From Candidatus Omnitrophota bacterium (lineage in GTDB: Bacteria > Omnitrophota > Gorgyraeia > Pluralincolimonadales > Pluralincolimonadaceae): a stretch of DNA of 64,000 nucleotides. The notes under the pieces were generated by a model. That model worked only from the letters and a program-made list of their open reading frames with translations. It had not been told where the DNA came from and did no database searches. The position numbers and the translations under genes are program-made. Below are positions 1-9,204 of the stretch, piece by piece (position 1 is the first letter of the stretch; the number at the start of each line of letters is the position of its first letter). The stretch lies in NCBI GenBank assembly GCA_028716565.1, contig JAQUPL010000001.1, positions 345,476 through 409,475 of the forward strand, read 5' to 3'.

Positions 1-225
1 GTAACCTGTCAGGCTGTCCCTGTCGGTAACGGCAAGCGATACCTTCGGGTTCACCACGAGATTCTGGAATGTCCTTCCGATGACATAATCTATCATGTAT
101 ATATGGTCATTCTCGACCTTCAGGAAAAGTTTCGGGGCGACGTTCGGGTTCCCCTCCAGGTCGCAGGTGGCAACGGCGATGAAGTCGTCGTCCTTTAATA
201 TCTCATTTATTTTCTTTGCTATCAT
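1..225 (-). CDS. pyridoxamine 5'-phosphate oxidase-like (split-barrel FMN-binding) protein, N-terminal part; gene runs off the window start
   Basis: Not in the ORF track because there is no stop inside the window. Manual minus-strand translation from ATG at 225 gives MIAKKINEILKDDDFIAVATCDLEGNPNVAPKLFLKVENDHIYMIDYVIGRTFQNLVVNPKVSLAVTD..., typical of the PNPOx/general-stress-protein-26 family. It overlaps the stop of the upstream TPR gene by 23 nt. Confidence 0.4.
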   Translation of the reverse strand, partial: MIAKKINEILKDDDFIAVATCDLEGNPNVAPKLFLKVENDHIYMIDYVIGRTFQNLVVNPKVSLAVTDRDSLTGY

Positions 226-1045
226 CGGCTTTCTTCTTTTCGGCCTCGAGCGTTCGTATGGTCACCTCGGCGTCTTTGGCTATCTCTTTGTCCTGTGAAA
301 TATCCAGCTCGATGGCTTTTTTATAAGCCGTGATGGCCTCGTCGATGCGCTTGAGGTCCTCGAGCGCGACCCCTTTATTTATATACGCCTTGGCGTAATC
401 CGGCTTCAGCTCGATGGCCTTATTCAGGTCCGGGAGTGCAAGGTCGCACTGGTTCTTGTAGACACGTGCCATTCCCCTGTTGAAATACAGGACGTACGAA
501 GTGGGATCGGCCGCAATAGCCTTATCGAAATCCGCTATGGCCTTGTTGAACTGCCCCTTATATTCGAGAAGGACCCCGCGGTTCTGGTACGCCTCGGTGT
601 ATTCGGGGCTGACGTCTATCGACTCGGAGAAATTGGATATCGCCTTGTCGAGGTTGCCCTGCGACATATAAGCGATCCCCTTGCTTATGAAAGCATACCC
701 GTAATTAGGGTTCTCTTTTATGGCCTTGTTATACATCGCAATGGCTTCGTCCCATTTTTTCTGCGTAGCCAATTTTTTGCCCTGGAAGACGAGTATGGCC
801 GTCTCCCTCTTCGCTTTTTGTTTCAAAACGTCATCGATGGCGTGCATCTCCAGCCTGGCATAGGGATATACCGAATCGTCGCCCAGTGATTTTTGGAATT
901 CCGCCCTGGCTTCTTCAAGATTTCCCTGAGACGCCAGCTCAATTCCCTTGAAATAAGCGTCGCCGGCGGCCGAACCGGCGCGGCAAAGAGAAGGAAAAAC
1001 CGCAAATACGGCGATCAACATTGCCAAAAAGGTCTTTTTTGTCAT
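203..1045 (-). CDS. secreted TPR-repeat protein
   Basis: N-terminal signal peptide MTKKTFLAMLIAVFAVFPSLCRA, followed by repeated 34-aa TPR-like units (AYxxxGxxyxxxgnxdeAixxyxkAiexdp). Confidence 0.7.
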   Translation of the reverse strand: MTKKTFLAMLIAVFAVFPSLCRAGSAAGDAYFKGIELASQGNLEEARAEFQKSLGDDSVYPYARLEMHAIDDVLKQKAKRETAILVFQGKKLATQKKWDEAIAMYNKAIKENPNYGYAFISKGIAYMSQGNLDKAISNFSESIDVSPEYTEAYQNRGVLLEYKGQFNKAIADFDKAIAADPTSYVLYFNRGMARVYKNQCDLALPDLNKAIELKPDYAKAYINKGVALEDLKRIDEAITAYKKAIELDISQDKEIAKDAEVTIRTLEAEKKKADDSKENK

Positions 1046-1049
1046 GTAT

Positions 1050-1367
1050 TTATCTCCTGGTCGATTCTTCTATCCAGCGCATATAACCCGTGCTTCCTTT
1101 TGTAAGAGGCAGGGCCGTTATCTCCGGGCATTCGTATGAATGCAAACTCTTCACGGCCTTCTCGACCCGGGAAAAGAGGTTCTCCCTGGTCTTCGCTATT
1201 AAAAGGTATTCCTCAGACGCCTCTATCCTGCCCTTCCATGCATATATCGACCTGATAGAGGGTACAATATTGACGCACGCGGCCAATTTTTTCTCCACAA
1301 GGGCACGCGCGATCAGCCCGGCTTCTTTTTTTGAGCCGGCAGTGACCAGGATAGCTATCTTCTTCAA
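1050..1367 (-). CDS. cutA: divalent-cation tolerance protein CutA
   Basis: 105 aa; MKKIAILVTAGSKKEAGLIARALVEKKLAACVNIVPSIRSIYAWKGRIEASEEYLLIAKT... matches the conserved CutA1 core (LAACVNI.P...S.Y.WKG.IE...E..L..KT). Confidence 0.8.
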   Translation of the reverse strand: MKKIAILVTAGSKKEAGLIARALVEKKLAACVNIVPSIRSIYAWKGRIEASEEYLLIAKTRENLFSRVEKAVKSLHSYECPEITALPLTKGSTGYMRWIEESTRR

Positions 1368-1372
1368 CCCGC

Positions 1373-1570
1373 TTACCTGCGAAGAAAGATCTTGTAGTCC
1401 TTCTCGCCCTCAAGGACCACGTGCCCTTCCCTGGCGAGCCAACCCAGGCTCATAAGAATGACATCGCGCGGTTTATCTATCCCCGCGCATAACTGGGAGA
1501 GGCTCACCTCGCCGTGCTCGTCAAGGTAATGCCATATCTCACCGGCCGTGATTCCAATTTCGGTTATCAT
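1373..1570 (-). CDS. small winged-helix protein (DUF2582-like)
   Basis: 65 aa; IGITAGEIWHYLDEHGEVSLSQLCAGIDKPRDVILMSLGWLAREGHV resembles the conserved DUF2582 wHTH pattern (AG.IW..L.E.GE.t...L......p.d....aLGWLARE.ki). Recognised from memory. Confidence 0.45.
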   Translation of the reverse strand: MITEIGITAGEIWHYLDEHGEVSLSQLCAGIDKPRDVILMSLGWLAREGHVVLEGEKDYKIFLRR

Positions 1571-1824
1571 CCCTTTACCTCCTTTTCTTGATTCGCAATC
1601 TGTTTCTTGTTATAACTTCCGCATCTCGGGCATACCGATATATCCGAATGCCTGCTGTCTATATAAAAAAATGTGCAAACTGAGCAGTGCCACACGTTCC
1701 TGTCCGAGGCTGAACGGTTAGGCAGGGTTTTCACCCTTTCGAAAAAAGCCCAATAAATGATAAGGACCCCTACGCAGACGGTTAAATACAATGCCGCCGC
1801 CCACGACAACTCGATAGTTATCAT
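1567..1824 (-). CDS. small membrane protein with C-terminal zinc-ribbon (CxxC...CxxC), hypothetical
   Basis: 85 aa; N-terminal TM helix (LSWAAALYLTVCVGVLIIYWAFF) then HCSVC...CPRCG Cys pairs. Overlaps both neighbours by 4 nt, consistent with translational coupling. Confidence 0.45.
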   Translation of the reverse strand: MITIELSWAAALYLTVCVGVLIIYWAFFERVKTLPNRSASDRNVWHCSVCTFFYIDSRHSDISVCPRCGSYNKKQIANQEKEVKG

Positions 1825-2609
1825 CTCGTCTCAGCTTTATTGAGCGAAAAATTCAATCTTACGGTCCCCCATTGCTCTTCCTTGGGGCCCGCGGCCTTAA
1901 GCGGCGCGAACTGCCATTCCTTTAGATATCGCATGGCGATTATATCCACCGTCGGATGGCCGGACGAAGACAACCTCTCTACCGCCCCGACCCTGCCTTC
2001 CGGAGATACCAGGAATTTCAATTTTACAGAAAATTTGTTCCCAAGCCTGTCGAGATCAACACCCAAGCTCTCGTCCCACCGGAGGTTGGTTGGAAGCTCC
2101 GGTTTGTAAATGACCTCCCTGAACCTCGCCGGCCCCTCTATCTCCGACGGGTAGGTCTTGTACGCGACCTTTATCTCGTCAAAGGGTTTTTCAGGGACCT
2201 GTTTCGCGTATAACGCCGCGCCGGCCGGAGACTTTTCTTCCATCTCCTTGAGCACATCGAGATCGGAGACGCTCTCCAGTCTCCCGCTCCCGCCCGGAAT
2301 CGCACTATCCCCGGCCATCAACGGGCTGACCGCGAGGTCCCGCAACCGCACGATGCCTGTGTCAGCGGCGTCCCGGGCCTGGCCCGGCGCCGGAAAGACC
2401 GGCCCCTCTTCCAGGATAGAACCTATAAAAGAAACGGCCGATCCCGGCCTGTTCATCGGGGCAGGCGCCGAAACGGATATCCTTACCGAAGAAAGCCAAA
2501 ATAAATGCAAAGCCAGCGAGGCGGCAAGCGCCAGCGCGAAGATATGCCTGCCTGTTATCTCACCTGTGTCGTAGCTATGTTGACCTGCCGTATTCCCGCT
2601 TTCCTGCAT
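1821..2609 (-). CDS. TonB/TolA-like energy transducer
   Basis: N-terminal TM helix, Pro/Ala-rich linker, and a C-terminal approximately 90 aa (VKLKFLVSPEGRVGAVERLSSSGHPTVDIIAMRYLKEWQFAPLK...VRLNFSL) matching the TonB C-terminal domain pattern. Sits downstream of exbB-exbD. Start uncertain, since the ORF overlaps exbD by 54 nt. Confidence 0.65.
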   Translation of the reverse strand: MQESGNTAGQHSYDTGEITGRHIFALALAASLALHLFWLSSVRISVSAPAPMNRPGSAVSFIGSILEEGPVFPAPGQARDAADTGIVRLRDLAVSPLMAGDSAIPGGSGRLESVSDLDVLKEMEEKSPAGAALYAKQVPEKPFDEIKVAYKTYPSEIEGPARFREVIYKPELPTNLRWDESLGVDLDRLGNKFSVKLKFLVSPEGRVGAVERLSSSGHPTVDIIAMRYLKEWQFAPLKAAGPKEEQWGTVRLNFSLNKAETR

Positions 2610-2962
2610 ATATCCCAGACCTCCACTACGCGATCCAGCGAAGTGCCCTTATCGGCCTTTATCAGGATCGAATCTTTTTTGGGCAGCGCCTCTATCCTTG
2701 AGGCGAGTTCCTGGGGCGAGACCGCGTCGCTCCCCAGGTATAATACCTTTTCCCTGGTAATAGTTATGACCTCGGCCCTCGGCCCGGCCGTCTCGGAGGT
2801 AACCGCATTCGGCAGGCTTACCTTGATACCCGCCTGGGTCTGCGCCGAATAGCTCCATGTCAGGAGGAAAAACACAAGAAGAAGCAATACGCAATTGGCG
2901 AGCGGCACCGCCTCGATGAACCGGCTGTCTATGGCTTTCAACCGCGAGAAATTGAACCTCAT
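2555..2962 (-). CDS. exbD: biopolymer transport protein ExbD/TolR
   Basis: 135 aa, single TM (VPLANCVLLLLVFFLLT) plus a periplasmic domain (ITITREKVLYLGSDAVSPQELASRIEAL...ILIKADKGTSLDRVVEVWDICRKAGI), typical of ExbD/TolR. Confidence 0.8.
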   Translation of the reverse strand: MRFNFSRLKAIDSRFIEAVPLANCVLLLLVFFLLTWSYSAQTQAGIKVSLPNAVTSETAGPRAEVITITREKVLYLGSDAVSPQELASRIEALPKKDSILIKADKGTSLDRVVEVWDICRKAGIRQVNIATTQVR

Positions 2963-3586
2963 CTATTCCGCCTTCTTTTCGGAGAGTATGTTAACGAGGT
3001 CAGTCGCGCCTATCTCCATCTCGCGTATTATATAATTTATCCTGTTTACAAAATAATTATACGCCGTGACCGCCGGAATAGCAATAAGTAAACCCGCGAC
3101 CATGGCTATGAGCGCCTGCCATATTCCCCCGGATATGTCCGCCGGCGTAACAGGGCTTAAAGCCGCGGCCTTGACCTGTATCTTCTGGAATATCTCCGCC
3201 AGCCCTATGGCGGTCCCCAGAAAACCCAGCAACGGGCTTATCTGCGCGATGGTGCCGAGCACGCCGATATTCTTCTCAAGCTTAGGTATCTCGTGGAGTG
3301 CTGCGTCTTCTATCGCCTCCTTGACCTCCTGCCTCGTCCTGTCGTATTTCAGTATGCCGGCCTTAAGGACCCTGGGGAGAGGGCCCGGGGACTTGTCGCA
3401 CATCTCGATCGCCTCATCGGCGCGGTTCCTCTTGAGAGAATAGGAGATCTCTCCCATGAATTTTCTCGTATTTATCTTTATCCTCTGCACATAGATGAAC
3501 CTCTCGATGAAAACGGCGAAAGCGATGACCGAACACAGGAGGATCGGCACCATCATCGGGCCGCCCCTTATTATCCATTCCATCAT
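2963..3586 (-). CDS. exbB: MotA/TolQ/ExbB proton-channel protein
   Basis: 207 aa, three TM segments, conserved C-terminal TM pair (GVLGTIAQISPLLGFLGTAIGLAEIF...GGIWQALIAMVAGLLIAIPAVTAYNYF), typical of ExbB/TolQ. Confidence 0.8.
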   Translation of the reverse strand: MMEWIIRGGPMMVPILLCSVIAFAVFIERFIYVQRIKINTRKFMGEISYSLKRNRADEAIEMCDKSPGPLPRVLKAGILKYDRTRQEVKEAIEDAALHEIPKLEKNIGVLGTIAQISPLLGFLGTAIGLAEIFQKIQVKAAALSPVTPADISGGIWQALIAMVAGLLIAIPAVTAYNYFVNRINYIIREMEIGATDLVNILSEKKAE

Positions 3587-3587
3587 A

Positions 3588-6071
3588 TTATTTTACCTCC
3601 CCGGTTTTTTCTGGGACGTTATTTTCCATCCAGTCAAGCCTTTCCCTTGCGTATTTCGCCTCTTGCAGCTTAGTGCCGGAAAGCTCCTCATAGATCTTCC
3701 TCGCGTCTTTCCACCTGCCCTTGTTCTCGAAGAGCGTGGCGGCCCGCAGCCCGGCCCTGCCGGACCATTTCGTCAACTCAGGATAAAGATATTTGACTTT
3801 AAGGAATTCGGCGATGGCCTGGTCCGCGTCACCCGCCTCCTCGTAGCACTCCCCGATCAAAAATTGGGTCTCGGCATTGAAATTACTCTGCGCCTCGGTT
3901 ATAGCGAGGCGGTACCTTTCTATCGCCGCGTTATACAATTTCCTTTGCTTGAAGATATCCCCTATCTTCTTGTCCGCGACCTTCTCGAACTGGGTCCCGG
4001 GATATTTTTCGGTTATGCCCTTAAGCTCTTTTACGGCGTCATCGGCGCGCCCGCTCTCGGCGAGGATATCCCCCACCTTTATCGTGCTCTCCATCGCCGC
4101 CTTTGAGGAAGGATACGCCTCTATTATGTGCTCGAATTTCCGCGTAGCCCCTTCGACGTCGCCGGTCTTATAAAGTATGAGGGCGAGCCAATATTCCGCC
4201 TCGGCCGATGAGCCGCCCGGAGGCGACTTGGCGGCCAGGGCGTCAAAATACGCCTTAGCCTTGGTGAATTGGCCCTTATTGTAATAATATTGCCCCTCCC
4301 ACATCCTGACATCGTCGCTTATATCTGAGTTGGGGTATTTCGCAAGGTAGTCGTCGAATTGAGACAGCGCGTCCTTCTCCTTGCCCCACTGGTAATAACA
4401 CCAGCCTATCTCGTAAAAACTGAGCCGGGCGTGATCGGAAGCGGGATTCTCTTTGATGATCTTGCTGAACGCCGATATCGCCTCCCCGTATTTCGCCATG
4501 TTAAAGAGGCAATTCGCCTGCTGGAAGAGGACCTCGGTTATGTCCTGGCCTTTCGGATATGCCGCGATAAATTTCTGGAAAGCCTCGTTCGCGGATTTGA
4601 AATCCCCGTTCCGGAAATACGAAAGGCCGAGATGCTGGAATGCGTCTTCCCTGAGCCTCGAATTGGGAAAGTTGCCAAGCAGGCTCTGGAAAGCCAGGAC
4701 CGCGCCGTCATAATCGCCGGCCCGGAACATCGTTATCCCAAGCTGGTACTGGGCGTAATCGCAGATGAGGGAATCCCTGTAATCCTTCAGTATCTCGTCG
4801 TAAGACCGCTTCGCCTTCTCGTAATCTTTAAGGTCAAGGGCCGTGTCGCCTATGAGGGATATCGCGCTGGCCTTCAGGTTCCTGTCACGGGACAGCTTCA
4901 CGACCTCCTCGAAATCCTGGACCGCCTTCTGCGGGTCTTTGAGCCGCAGGAGCGTCCAACCGAGGTTATAATAGAATTGCGGCAGGAGCGCCGAGGCCGG
5001 GAACTTCAACAGGGCCTCTTCGTAGATTTCCTTTGCCTCCGCATACTTCTCGAGGTTATAAAGGCAGTCCCCTTTCCACAAATAAGCGTCGCCCAACACC
5101 GCGGAATTCTGGAATTTCATTATCAGCTCGTCATAACTTGCCGCGGCATTTGGATAATCCTTCATGGAAGTGTAACATTGCCCCGTGCCGAATATGGCCG
5201 AGTCGGTCAACGGGCTCTCCGGATAACTGCCGCGGAAGGCCAAAAAAGCACCTAGCGCGGACTTATAGTCCGACGCCTTGAAATACGCCCAGGCTTTTCC
5301 GTATAACGCGAAAGGAGCCCATGCGGCCGAGGGGGTTATCTCAAGGGCCTTGGCGTAGTCTTTCGCCGAGGCCGCGTAGTCCTTCAATGAGTAATCGATC
5401 TCTCCCAAAAGATAATACGCCTCCGGTAATTTCTTCGAGACGGGGAATTCTTTCAAAAAATCCTCAAGCTGTTTCTTTGCGTCAACGGTCTTTCCGCCCA
5501 TGAAGACTGACTCCGCTATCTTATATTTCGCGTCGGCGGCAAGGCTGTTGTTGGGGAATTTTTTTAAAAAGGCGCCGAAAGACTCGACCGCGGTTTCGTA
5601 TTGTTTCAGGTTGTAATAGCACCATCCTTTCGAATAATAGGCGAACGGAATGTATTTGGATGCGGGGAACGAATCTATCACTTTCTGGTATTGGCCAAGG
5701 GCCTGCTTGAAATCCCTGCTCCGGAAATAGACCTCGGCGGACCAGTATGCCGCCTCGTCGTAAAAGCGTTGCGCCGAAGCGGATGAGGCCACCAGGTCGA
5801 ACTCGTTGAGCGCCTGCGCGTTCTTGCCCAGCATAAGGTATGACCTGCCGAGGACGAGATGCGCCTCATCCCTGTATCCGCTTTGCGGATAATTGGCAAG
5901 GAATCGCTCCATCTGCTCCATGGAGATGTCGTAAAACTGGTCCTCAAAAGCCTTTTGGGCAAGGACGAAATCGTCCTTCGCAGGATCTGTCCGCCCCGCA
6001 TCGGCCGGGAAGGCGGCAGGCGACATAACCGTCAGGAATATAAGGGAATAAAGAAAGGATTTGATCCGCAT
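3588..6071 (-). CDS. large secreted TPR-repeat protein, first gene of the ExbB-ExbD-TonB operon
   Basis: The track ORF runs to 6236, but the signal peptide MRIKSFLYSLIFLTVMSPAAFPA begins at the internal Met at 6071, and that start avoids overlap with uvrA. At least 15 TPR-like units (AxYxxGxxyyxxxxYxxAxxxfxxxxxxyPxs). Confidence 0.75.
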   Translation of the reverse strand: MRIKSFLYSLIFLTVMSPAAFPADAGRTDPAKDDFVLAQKAFEDQFYDISMEQMERFLANYPQSGYRDEAHLVLGRSYLMLGKNAQALNEFDLVASSASAQRFYDEAAYWSAEVYFRSRDFKQALGQYQKVIDSFPASKYIPFAYYSKGWCYYNLKQYETAVESFGAFLKKFPNNSLAADAKYKIAESVFMGGKTVDAKKQLEDFLKEFPVSKKLPEAYYLLGEIDYSLKDYAASAKDYAKALEITPSAAWAPFALYGKAWAYFKASDYKSALGAFLAFRGSYPESPLTDSAIFGTGQCYTSMKDYPNAAASYDELIMKFQNSAVLGDAYLWKGDCLYNLEKYAEAKEIYEEALLKFPASALLPQFYYNLGWTLLRLKDPQKAVQDFEEVVKLSRDRNLKASAISLIGDTALDLKDYEKAKRSYDEILKDYRDSLICDYAQYQLGITMFRAGDYDGAVLAFQSLLGNFPNSRLREDAFQHLGLSYFRNGDFKSANEAFQKFIAAYPKGQDITEVLFQQANCLFNMAKYGEAISAFSKIIKENPASDHARLSFYEIGWCYYQWGKEKDALSQFDDYLAKYPNSDISDDVRMWEGQYYYNKGQFTKAKAYFDALAAKSPPGGSSAEAEYWLALILYKTGDVEGATRKFEHIIEAYPSSKAAMESTIKVGDILAESGRADDAVKELKGITEKYPGTQFEKVADKKIGDIFKQRKLYNAAIERYRLAITEAQSNFNAETQFLIGECYEEAGDADQAIAEFLKVKYLYPELTKWSGRAGLRAATLFENKGRWKDARKIYEELSGTKLQEAKYARERLDWMENNVPEKTGEVK

Positions 6072-6105
6072 GGCAACCTTAATATAACAGAAAGAAACTG
6101 TTTCT

Positions 6106-8898
6106 TCAACCTTTTTGGGACAATAACTTACCCAGGTAACTGCCCGTATACGACTTCCTGTTCTTCGCGACATCTTCGGGGCTGCCCGCGGCGACAACTT
6201 CCCCTCCTTCATCGCCGCCCTCAGGGCCGAGATCAATTATATAATCAGAGGTCTTGACCACATCAAGGTTATGCTCTATGACCAAGACCGTATTTCCCTG
6301 GTCTGTAAGGGCATGCAGCACTTTTAGAAGTTTATCGACATCTGCGAAATGCAGGCCGGTCGTGGGCTCATCCAGGATATATAGAGTCCTTCCTGTGGAG
6401 CGTTTAGAGAGCTCAGTAGCGAGCTTCACCCTCTGCGCCTCGCCTCCTGAGAGCGTCGTCGCGGACTGCCCAAGCTCCACATAGCCCAGGCCTACATCGT
6501 TTAGGACCTGCAGCTTCTCCCTTATCCTCGGGATATTCGCGAATAACGGCAGGGCGTCCTCGACCGTCATTTTAAGGACGTCGTTTATTGAATGCCCTTT
6601 GTAAAGGACCTCGAGAGTCTGCTGGTTGAACCTCGCTCCCTTGCATACCTCGCATGTGACATAGACATCCGGCAGGAAATGCATCTCGACTTTTATCACA
6701 CCGTCGCCCTGGCAGGCCTCGCACCTGCCGCCCTTGACGTTAAAACTGAACCTGCCCGGCCTGTAGCCCCTTATCTTCGCCTCAGGCAATCTGCTGAAGA
6801 GGTCGCGGATCGGGGAGAACATTCCCGTATAAGTCGCGGGGTTCGAACGCGGCGTACGGCCGATAGGCGACTGGTCGATGACTATGACCTTGTCTATATT
6901 TTCGGCCCCTGTTATCCTGTCGAAATCCCCGGGTTTCTCTTTAGCCCTGTAAAACTTTTGCGCGAGCGACCTGTAGAGTATCTCGTCTATCAGGGTGGAT
7001 TTGCCTGAGCCGGACACCCCGGTGACGCATACGAACACCCCGAGCGGGATAGTGACGTCTATATCCTTCAGGTTATGTTCGCGCGCTCCTTTTATCTCAA
7101 GGGATTTCCTTCCCTTGAGATCCCTCCTGGCAAGCTTCGGCTCGATCTTAAGTTCCTTTTTCAGGTATTTCGCGGTAAGGGAATCCTTGCATTTCATGAA
7201 CTCTTCGAGCGGCCCGGCGCAGACGACCTTTCCGCCGTGCTTCCCCGCGCCCGGCCCGAGGTCGACGATGTAATCGGCGCTCCTTATGGTCGCCTCATCA
7301 TGCTCCACGACTATAAGGGTGTTGCCTAAGTCCCTTAGAGCCTTGAGGCTTTCGAGTAATTTTGTGTTATCGCGTTGGTGGAGGCCTATAGACGGCTCAT
7401 CGAGGACATAGACGACGCCGACCAGGCCTGAGCCAATCTGCGTAGCGAGCCGTATCCGCTGGGATTCGCCGCCCGAGAGCGTTCCGCTGGCCCTGTCCAG
7501 GGTAAGGTAATCAAGCCCGACGTCGGCCATGAACTTGAGCCTCGAGAGGATCTCCTTCAGCGACTGGCGGGCTATCATCGCCTCTTTTTCGCTGAGGTCG
7601 AGGCCCGTGAAGAACCCCCTCGCCTCTTTTACCGACAACGCGGTCACTTCATTTATCGGTTTGCCGCCGATCTTGAACGCGAGCGATTCCGGCCTGAGCC
7701 TCGCGCCGGCGCATTTGGGGCACGGCAGGACAGACATATATTTATTTATCTCTTCCTTCAGGAATCCGGATTCTGTCTCGCGGAAGAGCCTCTCGAGCTG
7801 AGGGATGACTCCCTCGAACTTCCTGCCCCATACCTCGATATCCGCTCCATAAAGTATTATCTTCCGGATCTCCTTATTTAATTTGTCGAAAGGCGTGTCG
7901 AGATCGAAATGGTAACGGTCCGCGACCTCCCTTAAAACACCGCGGTAATACAACAGGTAGCCCCGACCGCCGCGCTTCCAGGCCTCGATCGATTCCATGA
8001 CAGGCTTGGATCTATCGGGTATCACGAGGTCTGCGTCTATCTCGAGTTTCGTGCCGAGGCCGTTGCAGACCGGGCAGGCCCCGTACGGGGAATTGAACGA
8101 GAATGATCGCGGTGACGGCTCCTCATAGCTTATACCGCAATCGACGCACGCGTAGAGCTCGCTCATGAACCGGTCCTTCCTGCCGTCGTTGACTATTAGT
8201 ACGCCGCTTCCTGCCTTGAGCGCCGTCTCTATCGAATCTGCGAGCCTCCTTTTGGAGTCGGGCTTGACCTCCAGCCTGTCGACGACGATCTCGATCGAAT
8301 GTTTCTTATCCTTGTCTAACTTTATCTCATTCTCCAGCTCCGCGATCCTGCCGTCGACCCTTACGCGGGTATAACCGTCCTTTTTTATCTCCTTAAAAAG
8401 TTCCTTATATTCCCCTTTCCTCCCCGCTATCTTCGGCGCCAGTATGCTGATCTGCGTCCCGGCAGGCATCTTCAGGACCTGGTCGACTATCTCCTGTGAC
8501 GACTGCCTCGCTATCTTCTTCCCGCAGTTATAACAGTAAGCCGTGCCTATGCGCGCGAACAGGACCCTTAAATAATCGTATATCTCAGTGGTGGTGCCTA
8601 CGGTGGAACGGGGATTTGAGCCGGCGGTCTTCTGCTCTATCGATATCGCGGGAGACATCCCCTCGATGTTGTCGCAATCCGGTTTTTGCAATTGTTCCAG
8701 GAATTGCCGGGCATACGCAGACAGGCTGTCGATATACCTCCTCTGTCCTTCGGCATAGATGGTATCGAAGGCGAGCGAGGATTTACCGGAGCCCGAGAGC
8801 CCGGTAAATACTATGAGCTTGTTCCTGGGTAATTTCAGGGAGACATTCTTGAGGTTGTGGACCCTCGCCCCCTGTATATGTATATATCCTTTATCCAT
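6106..8898 (-). CDS. uvrA: excinuclease ABC subunit A
   Basis: Two ABC ATPase modules ([18 protein letters not shown]; LSGGE signatures) and Zn-finger Cys pairs (CxxC). N-terminus [18 protein letters not shown] matches the UvrA start, so the second Met (8898) is preferred over the track start at 8904. Confidence 0.95.
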   Translation of the reverse strand: MDKGYIHIQGARVHNLKNVSLKLPRNKLIVFTGLSGSGKSSLAFDTIYAEGQRRYIDSLSAYARQFLEQLQKPDCDNIEGMSPAISIEQKTAGSNPRSTVGTTTEIYDYLRVLFARIGTAYCYNCGKKIARQSSQEIVDQVLKMPAGTQISILAPKIAGRKGEYKELFKEIKKDGYTRVRVDGRIAELENEIKLDKDKKHSIEIVVDRLEVKPDSKRRLADSIETALKAGSGVLIVNDGRKDRFMSELYACVDCGISYEEPSPRSFSFNSPYGACPVCNGLGTKLEIDADLVIPDRSKPVMESIEAWKRGGRGYLLYYRGVLREVADRYHFDLDTPFDKLNKEIRKIILYGADIEVWGRKFEGVIPQLERLFRETESGFLKEEINKYMSVLPCPKCAGARLRPESLAFKIGGKPINEVTALSVKEARGFFTGLDLSEKEAMIARQSLKEILSRLKFMADVGLDYLTLDRASGTLSGGESQRIRLATQIGSGLVGVVYVLDEPSIGLHQRDNTKLLESLKALRDLGNTLIVVEHDEATIRSADYIVDLGPGAGKHGGKVVCAGPLEEFMKCKDSLTAKYLKKELKIEPKLARRDLKGRKSLEIKGAREHNLKDIDVTIPLGVFVCVTGVSGSGKSTLIDEILYRSLAQKFYRAKEKPGDFDRITGAENIDKVIVIDQSPIGRTPRSNPATYTGMFSPIRDLFSRLPEAKIRGYRPGRFSFNVKGGRCEACQGDGVIKVEMHFLPDVYVTCEVCKGARFNQQTLEVLYKGHSINDVLKMTVEDALPLFANIPRIREKLQVLNDVGLGYVELGQSATTLSGGEAQRVKLATELSKRSTGRTLYILDEPTTGLHFADVDKLLKVLHALTDQGNTVLVIEHNLDVVKTSDYIIDLGPEGGDEGGEVVAAGSPEDVAKNRKSYTGSYLGKLLSQKG

Positions 8899-8917
8899 AT
8901 CCATCCCAAATAGAGAG

Positions 8918-8941
8918 GCGGAGCAGTAGACTGCTCCGCCG
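8918..8941 (-). terminator. hairpin GGCGGAGCAG-taga-CTGCTCCGCC, putative intrinsic terminator after the small repeat-protein gene
   Basis: Perfect 10-bp GC-rich stem. On the minus strand it is followed by UCUCUAUUU. It lies between the stop at 8969 and the uvrA start. Confidence 0.45.
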
Positions 8942-8968
8942 TCTAATACGATCCGTAATTAAAGAAGC

Positions 8969-9196
8969 TTACCTACCGCCTCTCTTCATCTTCGCCTTAG
9001 ATACATCACCCTGTTTGTCGATGAAGTAGAGATAACCCTTCTCTCTCTTGACTTTGAGTTTGACGACCTTCTTGGGCGCGCCGCCTTTTTTGCCGCCTCT
9101 CGCCATCTTCGCCATCGAGACATCACCCTGTTTGTCAAGGTAGTAGAGGTAACCCTTCTGTCTCTTGATGCCTGCTTTAGCTACTTTCTGAGCCAT
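8969..9196 (-). CDS. small basic protein made of two approximately 32-aa tandem repeats, hypothetical
   Basis: MAQKVAKAGIKRQKGYLYYLDKQGDVSMAKMARGG / KKVVKLKVKREKGYLYFIDKQGDVSKAKMKRGGR. Start chosen at 9196 (GGAGGTGA Shine-Dalgarno 7 nt upstream) rather than the track Met at 9226. Confidence 0.5.
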   Translation of the reverse strand: MAQKVAKAGIKRQKGYLYYLDKQGDVSMAKMARGGKKGGAPKKVVKLKVKREKGYLYFIDKQGDVSKAKMKRGGR

Positions 9197-9204
9197 GTGC
9201 TCAC

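Noticed and set aside
95-298. 67-aa plus-strand ORF at the window start.
   Set aside because: It overlaps the minus-strand PNPOx-like N-terminus and the end of the TPR gene, and has no RBS. The minus-strand reading gives a recognisable protein family, so it is preferred.
4359-5255. 298-aa plus-strand ORF in the track.
   Set aside because: It lies entirely antisense to the well-supported TPR gene and is Arg/Leu/Pro-rich, the usual composition of antisense frames in GC-rich DNA. It has no RBS and no recognisable motifs. Spurious.
6082-6109. Possible promoter for the TPR-exbBD-tonB operon (TTGAAG-16-TTATAT) and a weak uvrA terminator hairpin (GAAAGAAAC/GTTTCTTC).
   Set aside because: Both boxes are poor matches. 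The hairpin is imperfect with a 0-2 nt loop. It would imply a near-leaderless transcript without other support. Too weak to list as features.
6072-6236. N-terminal 55-aa extension of the large TPR ORF as given in the track.
   Set aside because: The extension would overlap the uvrA 3' end by 130 nt and precedes an obvious signal peptide that begins at the internal Met (6071). The shorter start is adopted.
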